A stretch of 64,000 bases of DNA from Octopus sinensis. Lineage: Eukaryota. The position numbers were made by a program, and so were the translations under genes. The notes below the pieces were generated by a model. The model was not told the DNA's origin. It made no database searches and worked only from the letters and a program-made list of their open reading frames with translations. Positions 13,154 through 23,599 of this stretch are shown in pieces; the first letter of the stretch is position 1, and the number at the start of each line of letters is the position of its first letter. Location of the stretch: positions 2,108,001 through 2,172,000 of the forward strand of contig NC_043017.1 of the NCBI RefSeq assembly GCF_006345805.1, written 5' to 3'.

Positions 13154-13924
13154 TATTATTATTATTTATTGGAGTCGTAACTGAGTAGATTATCAGATAT
13201 ATGTTACATTTGTTTTTGTATTTTTAAACAGTTTCTAGTTGTTTGTTGTTTTCTTTTTTAATCTCTTTTCTTTTTTTTTTGTATTGTAGTCTCAGTTTCG
13301 ATTTACCATCTGTAGTAAACATCGGTTTGTGCTACATTGTAGCTGATTAAAGGTAGTTAATCTATTTTATAAAGATGAATTAACAATCTCCCTGATTGCT
13401 ATTCTGTCATACGTTATCGATTGTCTAGCATGAGGGAATACTTGACGCAATTGCTACCGAGATGAAAATCGCAATTTTCAAGCGATAATACGCAAGCGCA
13501 GTGAGAATTATCACAGCAGCTAAATCCGTCTTCACTCGTTTGGCACATTCTATTAGATTCTGATGTTATCGCCACTGCTATTAGATAAGGTCTCATCTGG
13601 GACAATTTGGACTTGACATTTTAATGCTCATTCTAAATAGGACTATTACGTGTAGCAGCATCAAGTTTTATATCTTATCTCGTTGCATAATTTAGAGGTT
13701 TTTAAACTCTCATACAGCGTTTCCTCGTGTCCCTGAACACCGTTAATTAAGTTGCATGTAAGTTTGGATTTGTGGCTGCTGAAATATATAACGTAAAATA
13801 GGACCCAGATTTTTGAATGAAGTACAAGTGTGTGCTCGCTTCAGTGTATGTGTGCAGGTGCGAGTGTAAGTATACGAACCTATATTCATACTATGTAAAT
13901 ACTCTTTCTACGATAGGCAGAAAG

Positions 13925-14476
13925 CTTGGAATTTCAGGAGAGGAGTTAAGTCGAATAACTCTACCCTAGTGTTCAACTGGTAATTATTTATCGAACCCGA
14001 AGGGATGAAAGATAAAGTTGACCTGGGTGGAATTTGAACTCAGAACGTACAGACGGACGAAATACCTATTTCTTTACTACCCACAAAGCCCTAAACACAG
14101 ACAGGACAAACGAGGACAGACAAACGGATTAAGTCGTTTATATCGACCCCAGTGCGTAACTGGTACTTATTTAATCGACCCCGAAAGGATGAACGGCAAA
14201 GGCGACCTCGGCGGAATTTGAACTCAGACCGTAGCGGCAGACGAAATACCTATTTCTTTACTACCCACAAGGGGCTAAACACAGAGAGGACAAACAAGGA
14301 CAGACAAACGGATTAAGTCGATTATATCGACTTCAGTGCGTAACTGGTACTTATTTAATCGACGCCGAAAGGATGAAAGGCAAAGTCGATCTCGGCGGAA
14401 TTTGAACTCAGAACGTAGCGGCATTTCGCCCGGCGTTCGCCCGGTGTTCTAACATTTCTGCCAGCTCTCCGCCTTA
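13925..14476 (-). mobile_element. SINE family B with head-to-tail 184-bp body units
   Basis: gaaatacctatttctttactaccc at 14059 and 14243 (184 apart); family head at ~14420-14476. Confidence 0.85.
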
Positions 14477-16026
14477 AAAGCAATAACGATAATAATAACA
14501 ACAACAGCTACAACAACGACGACGATGGCCGAAACCACAACTATGTCTTCGGACATAAATGGATGCAAATGTCACATCGTAATGATGTGTGTTTCGTAAT
14601 ACGTTTGAAGTTACGTAAAGCGAGAATTATAGCAACACACGGGAAATGATAACGAATAAAACGTTTGCTTTTCCCTTTGTTGCAAGTATGTCGAATATTA
14701 CTTGTATGTTACAATAAAGTAATTATATCCAGCACGTTTCAATATTTACCACATCACTACTAAACTAATACAGACACGTACACAAACACTTATTATTCGT
14801 ATTTCCTTTTATGTGGTTTAGTAAATAGAAACTGACTTAGTCCAAGACTTTTTTTTTATTTTAGGGATTTGGACGCTTGAGAAATTGATGTGGCTGATAT
14901 GGAGGTCAGGCTTTTCTTAGTCAATAGAAAGCACCACTCCCTGGGAAAGTCGAGGACAGGTAGACGGAGGAATATGCGTGTGCTTGTGTATAATCGCATA
15001 TATATTGTATGTGTATATATATGTATGTACTGATGTATATATATATATACATGTATGTTTAGTTCTCTGAAACCAACCAAAGTTATCATTTAATGAATGT
15101 ATGAGTTTATGAGTTCAAGATTCATACCCAGAAAGCACAGCAGCTTCGAAATTCATACTTGGAAAGCACAGCAACTGGATGCGCTTGTATAGTGTACGGT
15201 ACACTATCTAACAATAACGCTGGCTCCAAATCCATGCCTCGTCAGTGACAGAATGTGAGAAAACACGAAATACGATGAAAAGAATACGCTTAGGGAAAAG
15301 TGGTATCAAGTTTATGACTCGTTACATGACGAATATTATTATTGTGAAATGTTTATATCTAAACAGATCTAGTCGAGGAAAAAGAATAAAACAAAATCTA
15401 AAGTCTAGTCCTCTCATGGAAAAATTTACCAGTTGGACAACAGAAACTTGTCGAAATGTCAACATCTTGTATAAATTTCTGAGCTAAAATTTAGACTGTC
15501 AGCGTAATACTCTAGACTAATAAGGGTAAAATATTTTCCACTATACAATAAATGTGACATCGTTGATTCATTCAAATCTGAGATCACTTTGTGTGACATG
15601 TGACTAAGTATCTGCACGTCGAGATTTCATCTGGTCAGATGTCTATTTCAGGATGTTTGTCAGGATGTGTACCAACAGTAACTAATGAATATGAATATGG
15701 CTTCTCTACGGAAAACGTACAGTTAATTTCTTGTTGACTCTGAAATAGTGAAAAGCAAACTGACTTTAGTGTCCATTGCACGCAGAGACAGAACAAATAA
15801 GCGAGAGCATTATAGTCAACTTTCTAATGAAGCGGCCTATTCATAGTTAATCATGCATCCAACAGCGGAATTCGAAAGAACACACCGTATAAACATCTCT
15901 AGTCGTGACAAGAAGTCAAAACCTTCGTGATAGCATTTATTTTCTCTGCTGTATCCCTGCTTGCTATATAATTCTGCTTGAGGCAATGCCAAGAGGAGAG
16001 GGATTACGACAACTGTGGAGAATTAT

Positions 16027-16160
16027 GTTTATTTATTTTAGTAGCTTTGACTTTAAGAGTCCCTCCTAGCGTGTGGCATTTATGTGTAAAAATGCCCTCT
16101 ATATAATATAAATAAATATATTTAAGTGAAAAAAATGATAGATTTTTTTCTCTTATGACT
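16027..16160. repeat. Direct repeat copy 1 (partner at 16521-16660)
   Basis: Identical tttgactttaagagtccctcctagcgtgtggcatttatgtgtaa in both copies, offset 494 bp; flanking similarity on both sides. Confidence 0.85.
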
Positions 16161-16411
16161 TTTTTTCCACGCTAACTACTTGATAAATTCTTATGAAGAT
16201 CATATCCTATTTTTAAATTGTAAATTTAATTGGAGTATACACAATACTGATTTTTTATACCGAATAAGCACGTGTTACCGAAATGCAATTCGAAAAAGCC
16301 CGCCATTTACATATATGTATAAGGAGTGAACATTTCTACATGCTGCGTTGGATACGATAGTTGTTCGCCTGGTATGTTGTTTTTGTTCATTCATTATAAA
16401 TCTTGAATTAT

Positions 16412-16478
16412 GCTTGCACTGAAGAGTAAAGAGTGCATACGACTGCACTGATTACAAAATCACAGTTTGATATGCAGC
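16412..16478 (+). ncRNA. Type I hammerhead ribozyme fold with G12A substitution
   Basis: Stem I TGCA 16415-18 / TGCA 16473-76; CTGAAGA 16419-25; stem II GTAA..AGTGCA / TGCACT..TTAC; AAAA in place of GAAA at 16456-59; stem III ATCA/TGAT with 5-nt loop; AUA triplet 16470-72. Confidence 0.6.
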
Positions 16479-16520
16479 TGAATGCATGACTTGCTTCGAG
16501 AGTTTGTTTCGGTACGATAC

Positions 16521-16586
16521 GTTTATTTATTTTAGAAGTTTTGACTTTAAGAGTCCCTCCTAGCGTGTGGCATTTATGTGTAATTA

Positions 16587-16629
<43 letters not shown>

Positions 16630-16660
16630 AGTAGAAAAATGAAATATCTTTTTATGGATA
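16521..16660. repeat. Direct repeat copy 2 (partner at 16027-16160)
   Basis: See copy 1; this copy has a longer (TA)n run inside it. Confidence 0.85.
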
Positions 16661-16749
16661 ATTCGTTTAACCGATACCTGGGTAGCAAATTCACATCCGT
16701 GAGAGCAGTCATCTAAAAGTTTTTGTGAATCTTGATGTTGACATAAATT

Positions 16750-16843
16750 CTTTGTTTTTCCTGATGAGAAAGCGGCATAGTGTACTCCTTATTCCTTCAC
16801 AATTAGGAATATGCAGCCTTCGAAACATATGTCGAAAGTAAAG
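16750..16843 (+). ncRNA. Type I hammerhead ribozyme, intact core
   Basis: CTGATGA 16761-67; stem II GAAAGCGGCATA 16768-79 / TATGCAGCCTTC 16810-21 (10 of 12 pairs); GAAA 16822-25; palindromic stem III ACATATGT 16825-32; GUC with predicted cut after 16833; stem I TTTTC/GAAAG extended by CTTT/AAAG. Confidence 0.85.
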
Positions 16844-17287
16844 GAATGGTATTTCTGGACTAGATCACCCAATTTAGCCTTCTCTTTTTAACGCATTTGT
16901 CTATTCCAAAAAAGGAAATGTTCACTGCTATTTTTAGGAAGTCGAAGCAATACGTACAGACTTGTTGGTTATTTCCTATATAGAATCTGAATTTCTGAAA
17001 TGAAGTTACATTTTGGTTTCAATTCGGGTCAACCTCCCTCTTGACCGTTTACTTTATTTATATTTGGTAAGTGAAATAAAGTTGTATTCAATGTACCGCA
17101 GAAAAATGAGCTCCATTCTCCCGTCATAGACAGGGACAAGCGAATTTCGTTTTTGTCCTAGGAAGATGCAAATTCCAAAATTCTTCTAGGTGATGATGGG
17201 AATCAACATCTCTAACCTGATACCATTTGAAGCAATATATTCTACACACACACTTACACACATACACACAAAAAGACACGCACAGGC

Positions 17288-17333
<46 letters not shown>

Positions 17334-17385
17334 ATTGGTGAATTGAAGAAATGGAGCTGAACGCAGATGAACAGAAATCGTTTTA

Positions 17386-17474
17386 TTTCATTCTACACGT
17401 GTTTCGAAAGGCACAAATTACCAAAATCCGATTGAATAATGGGACCATATTGTGTCTTTCTCTTCAGGAAGAAA
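17386..17474 (-). ncRNA. Type I hammerhead ribozyme, intact core, same strand as the Penelope ORF
   Basis: Minus strand: TTTCTTC-CTGAAGA-GAAAGACACAA...TTGTGCCTTTC-GAAA-CACGTGT-A-GAATGAAA. Stem II 10 of 11 pairs; palindrome ACACGTGT (17395-17402); GUA, predicted cut after minus-strand base 17394; stem I 7 bp with one bulge. Confidence 0.85.
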
Positions 17475-18082
17475 AAAGGAAATCCGTTGGAAAAACAAAA
17501 ACAGAACAGAGGCGGAGCAAAAAAACAAATCGAACTATGCTCCTAAGAGCCCATGGCGAAACTGTTTATCAGTGTATGTTGAGAACCGGTGGCTGAAGAA
17601 TTCAACGGGTCAGGAATCGGTCAATCATGTGGGTGAGGGTGTATAGATGTTCTTTGTGACCGAGAATAAAGTTCTGACTATTTAAGGAATATTGGATGTT
17701 TTATAAGGGGCGAGAAAAAATCTACTTAGAGACGTGTGTGTGTGTATACTGTTCTATATATGTGTGTGTTGGCGTAGGGGTAGAAAACATTTTTTGTGTA
17801 CGTGTGTGCGTTTGATCGTTCGGCTGTCAGTGGCTACTGCCGTGAAAACCGTTGGGTGGCAGAAAGAAAAAATATATATATATATATATATATATATTAT
17901 GTTTTATGTGTGTGTGTGTTCATCTAAGCCTGCCTTGTCAAGGAAACCCCCCGCTGTGAAAAAACCAAGCCCCGTTTGTCTTACAGGAGTAATTCCCCTT
18001 GCAGTGGTTAATCGTAGATATCTTAAAGGCTATTTCAGAATTTGTTACCAAGGGCTATGGGTGCCGGTATTATTTATAAACG

Positions 18083-19724
18083 CTATTTAAAAGCCAGATA
18101 AGTGTAACGCCGCCAATGGGGGCATCGAAAAGCCGACTGTAAGAGCCCGTTTACCGTCCGGCCTCTGGCAAACAAAATATGGAAGAGTTCGGAGACACAA
18201 AGGTTGCACTGTCTTCTGCCCCTATCAAATGGGAGGGCCACCGACAAAATTGACCATTCCAGCCTATAGCTTAAGTTCGTATCCTTCAGTCGCCATATTA
18301 GCTTACTGAGTCCCGTGGTCTGGCGCTTGTTCACGTCCCGAAAAGTTGCGTAATGGTTGGAGACACGCAAAGACAATCTTGAGGATGATGCCCCTACATA
18401 AGTGAAGACATCTGAGTCCGTGTAAACCTTGCATTGGTAGACGGCGTTTTTGATCTTGGAGTTCGCCGACGTGTATCTTAATCTGCTAGGATTAGTTTCT
18501 GAAATTAGAACTGCGTTCCTGTCACTATATTCGTTCCGAGACCTGCAGCCGCTTACTACTCTATCTTCCACTACGTCACTATTAACTATAGGAATAACCC
18601 CTGATTCTCCACTATCTATCAGAGTGCTGTCATTGCTACTGCCCGTGGTGCTGCTATTGCGGGAAATGATGCTGGGGATGCTATTGGGGCTCTCTACCCT
18701 ACTCCCATTGTTACCGTCAAAACAACACCCCTATTTATAACTATACCCCTAGTGGGTACTCCCTGGCTGGAGCTGAGATTATGTGTCACTGTACTGGCTC
18801 TCATATCATTATTACTACTATAATTATTCCTACTGAGCATTAAACCGGGAGCGGAAGAGGCTGTGCCTCCGGAAAAAGGTGATAGGGTCTTAGTAAGTAG
18901 CCTATTATTATGGGAGGCGATTATCTGGGCGAGGTTTTTAGTGTTGGAGAAAGCTATCCTAACTTTATGTGAGTTAACCGTGGAGTAATATTTGGAATTT
19001 CTGGGGAAGTTATTGGCGATGGCTTGTCTAAACATGAGGGGGAGGTTAGTTCTAATCTGCTTACCAAAGGGGATTACAAACCATATATGCTTATTCCTAT
19101 CAGTGTGATGGGTCGAGCTCAGCATCTCGCATTCGGGGTGATTCTCGGATGAATAACGGGTCTTGGGTTAGTGTAAGACCTCCCGGACCGATAATTATCC
19201 TTGTTCGCAAAATTAAATGCGGGAGCGACTACCCCGGCATCCGCCGCGCTCCCGTCCTTACTTAAAATGTTAATGTTATTATATACGGCCCTATCCTGAT
19301 GACCGAATGATGGCATCGGAAGGGCCGGATCAATATAAATTACCTTCTGCCTATAACCGGCCTTGGATAGTGCGGCGTTATAAAATTCCGCTTTCTGCAT
19401 AAAAATATCGGCACTGGCGGACAAGCCAGACAATCTTAGAGAGATGTTTTTAACCAAATTGTCTGTTACGGTTTTGGCATGATTTGAGAAGACACTGACA
19501 TACTTCAAATTAGTGGAAGGCTTATGGTAAGGGCAGTATGAGTCGCTATTAAGGTTAAGTGTAACGTCTAGGAAATTAGCCTTGGTGAGTTCATTATCAA
19601 AAACTATACTCATGCCCATTCTATTAAAAAACCTAGCTAACCTGCTCTTAGTTTTCTGCACTATTCTGTTCGTGGTGTTTTGCAGGTAAAACAGACAATC
19701 GTCACGATACACAAACACACACAC
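18083..19724 (-). pseudogene. Penelope-like RT (C-terminal part) + GIY-YIG endonuclease ORF split by two -1 frameshifts
   Basis: YRDDCL...ANFLDVTLNL...PYHKPS...YVSVFSNH (RT/thumb); KHIWFVIPFG...FPRNSKY...IAFSNTKNLAQIIASHN (PLE linker); NAVYQCKV...YVGASS...RVSNH...EWSIL...CNLCVSELFHIL...CPH (GIY-YIG). I checked that the last frame is open from 18730 to 18083. Confidence 0.9.
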
Positions 19725-19750
19725 AGAGTGGGAGAGACAGACACAGATCG

Positions 19751-19752
<2 letters not shown>

Positions 19753-19783
<31 letters not shown>

Positions 19784-19810
19784 TGTATGTATGTATGTAT
19801 GTATGTATAT
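19753..19810. repeat. (TATG)n microsatellite at the PLE truncation point
   Basis: Direct reading. Confidence 0.95.
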
Positions 19811-20344
19811 ATTTGTATGTATGTACACGTATATCTGCGTGTGTAACGTATATTTTAATGCATGTACATCCATTTCTCGCGATCTCCCTGTATGTGTGCG
19901 TGTACGTATGTATTTATATATGCGAACATCTACGATTGTATATGTATGTTCGTATCGTCACTAGACATCGACCAAAAGGCAATGTTAATCTGAACATGAT
20001 CATTCTTGTTTGTTGCCGGTCATTAATCAAAATCTCACTTTCGAATGAAAGTTGACACTGAATCAACGTGACGGCGAAGATAGCAAAATCACGCAACCTT
20101 TGACTTTCTGTCACGACTAGGACTACTTCTATGATGTGTTCGTGTTTTTGCTGTCCTTGTTGCTGCTGCAGCTACTACTGCTGCCACTGGCGATTCTGAA
20201 GCTGCTTATCCGGAAGAAACGTACTGTAAACATTTCTGGAAGACAAATTGCAAAAACTGATGATAATGTTTATTTTGAGGCATTCACGGGTAACTAGGCT
20301 GCGAACCCATTCTCAAAGCCAATAATAATGATTTTCATATTTTG

Positions 20345-20740
20345 GGAAAAGACCAACAAGCTTAGGAGAAGGAGTTAGTCGATTAAATCGGCCCCAGAGT
20401 TCAATTGGTATTTATTTTTTTCAACTCCGAAAGGATAGAAGGCAAACTCGACCTCAGCAGAATTTGAACTCTGATCGGAAGACGGATGAAATACTGTTAA
20501 GGTATTTGCACGTCGTGCTAACGATTCTGCCAATACACCTCCTTTTAATACTACGAATATCGGTTCCAAATTTTGGCACAAAGCCAGCAGGTTCACGGGA
20601 GTGAGTTAGACCATATTTTCGACCTTAGGAGTTAGTAAAGATGAAAGGCAAATTCGATCTCGGCAGGATGTGAACTCAGAATATGACGACGGAAGAAATG
20701 TCGCATAGCGTTTCACCTGCCTCTGTACCGATTATATACC
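20345..20740 (-). mobile_element. Two SINE family B copies (~20345-20535, ~20575-20740)
   Basis: ccgaaaggat.gaaggcaaa.tcgacctc.gcag.aatttgaactc motif, twice. Confidence 0.7.
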
Positions 20741-23316
20741 ATCGATATTGCCTGCTTGCTACCTTTCAATTCTATTAATATTCAAAACGAGGGAAGCACT
20801 GAAGCAGGAGCTTCGCGGCACTGTGGTGACTACCTCAAGTGACCCGGAGCAGATGCCACAATGCTACTAATCCAAGAATAATCAAAATTTCTTAAATTCA
20901 TTATAATTTAAGTTGTATTCTGCAAGTATGAAGGACAAACTGAACCACGTGAATGGTTTGAACTCATAGTACCACAATTCGAAAAAAGAATAAATAGATG
21001 AAAGTAATTCTATATACAACATTCAAGGACTTCCACTTTACCGCCCCCAGACCCCAAATTTAATCCCCTATAGTCTTCATCCATGTGTGTATATATATAT
21101 ATATATATATACATATATATATACACATATATATGTATAACAATCTATATCACATATACCATATTATATATATTATGTACATGCATACATGCATCCACAT
21201 GTAATGTATGTATACACGCATGTAGATATAAGTATGTATGTATATATGTAGATAGGTAGATAGGTATTTATGCATGTATATGTAAGAATATGTTTGTTTA
21301 TGTATGTATCTCTCATTATATATTCACATTGAAATATATAGACGTGTACATATATACAACTGCATGCTAGTGCGTGTGTATGTGCATGTTTGTGTGTGTG
21401 CGTATGTGTGTGTGTGCATGGTTACATATCACCATATGCTCATACGTATATGAAATAATGGCAGCTATATTATTGTACGGGAATAAAACTGTTGTGTGAC
21501 ACATTTTCTTTGCAGCAATCAATACTACAATAACGAAAGCAGGAACAGCGATATATAATGTTGAGCAAATTCTATCTTTACGAAAATTAAATCTATTTAG
21601 ACCGCGCATTATATATATATATATATTTTTTTTTTTTTGATTTTGTATTTTTTAAAAGTAATATTTACTTCATCGTGTTTTCTTCGTGTTGCTTTATACA
21701 TTATGTATGTTTGTTTAATCAAAAGATTTTGTTTTACATACTTCTTTCATTTATCTTTTTTTTTCTACAACGTTTATTTATTCATTTATTGTTTTTCTTC
21801 TTATTTTCACTCTTTATCTCTTGAAATTAATGCAACTTTACTCATCTGCTTTCCATTAGCAATTGCTGTTCAATGAACGCTACTCCATATTTATTATCTT
21901 TAAATAGGCTTCTTTCGAATGAAATAATAAGTCTAAAATTCCCCCAAGAACCAACCAGCTCAGATACTGTGCTTCCCACATGAAAGCTGACCTCGACTTT
22001 TCCATTATTGTTTCCTAATTGAAAATTAAAATCCTCGAGAAACAAACGTCACCTTTAATTAAGACATAAATCAAAGCAACTGACATCATTATGTACTTAA
22101 ATTTTATTTAAAAATTTTCCCAAATTTTTCGATTTCGTTCTGATTAGATATTTAGCTTGGTTTTACTTTATTTAATTGTTTTGCTTCTGTAAAATATTAG
22201 TTTATTTTATTTATTTGCTTTATTTGCTATTATTATGTTTTTTCTTCTGTCTGAAAACGGATTTACCTATGTGGTTTCTTAATGGCAATTAGAATTAATT
22301 AGTTTGACGGGAAGCAAACACATACATACACACATTAGCGTTCTTTTCGCTGATAGCAATAAACAACTATCTTAATACATACAACGGTGGATTCTCTGGT
22401 GGTAAAGCTGTTTTAATGCACCCAAGATAAAGTATACACAAAATATAATATAAGATAATATAATATAAATTAATATAATATAATATAAATTAATATAATA
22501 TAATATATATAATATAAATTAATATAATATATATAATATATATAATATAATATAACGTAACGCAGTGTTTAAGTAGAAGAGAGCCGTTCGACAATTACTT
22601 GAACAACTTAGAATAAAATGAAAATATGACTTTCACGTGGAGTATGAAGATATATAAGTGCATATGGATGTGCAGCAGAGCTAGAGCTCGTGTGTGTGTA
22701 TACGCTGTGTACACACATAATGTAGCGAGATAAGTGGAATATTTATCGTGAAACTTCAAGCATTATTCGCCGTAAGTTAATTGAGAACGAAGAAAATGAA
22801 ATATGACGTTACAATTTCATTTAACAAGCAAATGTAAGCATTAAGGTAGCATTAAATCGTCTGTTATGTATTTCGTATGTTCAATTGCTTCAAATATGCA
22901 TCAATTAAATCAGTCACACGTGACTGTTTGGATAAGAGGATTCTTGGTTCGTTATTCTTCGATTGAATGTAAGAAAAAAAAAAGGAAAATGAAATGAAGA
23001 GAAGAAATAGCGATTACCCTTTTAAAGACTGTGTATTATATTATTCCCCTTGACCTTGTTTTAGATTGATTAATCTATTGGTCAGATACCAATACGTTTA
23101 GCACCAACTGTCTTCGCTGAATGTACTGCAAGTCACGCGTCTATCAATGCGTTCAGTTCACTGAACTGTTTTTAATGGCTGTTTTTAAGTTGCACCGTAT
23201 GTGTTGCATGCACATGTAGAATATGCATATATATAGGCGTATATGTATGTATGGGTGTATGCATGTATGCATGCACACACACACACACACAGACACACAG
23301 ACACACACACACACAC

Positions 23317-23349
<33 letters not shown>

Positions 23350-23377
23350 ACATATGTACATGAATGTATATAAAAAT

Positions 23378-23409
<32 letters not shown>

Positions 23410-23443
23410 ATATATATATAACATATGTACATGAATGTATATA

Positions 23444-23500
<57 letters not shown>

Positions 23501-23545
23501 TACATACATACATTGATACATGGATGTATAAACAGAAAGATGGAG

Positions 23546-23599
<54 letters not shown>

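Larger units (their letters stand above)
17330..19724 (-). mobile_element. 5'-truncated Penelope-like element (probably Neptune-type), coding remnant plus putative 3' UTR/pseudo-LTR
   Basis: RT-thumb-GIY-YIG protein order on the minus strand; HHR ~610 nt downstream of the stop on the same strand. The extent from 18083 down to 17330 is inferred. Confidence 0.7.

Noticed and set aside
18694-19140. Programmed -1 ribosomal frameshifting in the PLE ORF
   Set aside because: No X-XXY-YYZ slippery heptamer in either overlap window; single-base loss in homopolymers explains both shifts.
19286-19330. CTGATGA within a GGCCCT/AGGGCC hairpin, antisense to the PLE ORF
   Set aside because: No GAAA and no stem III; an ordinary hairpin.
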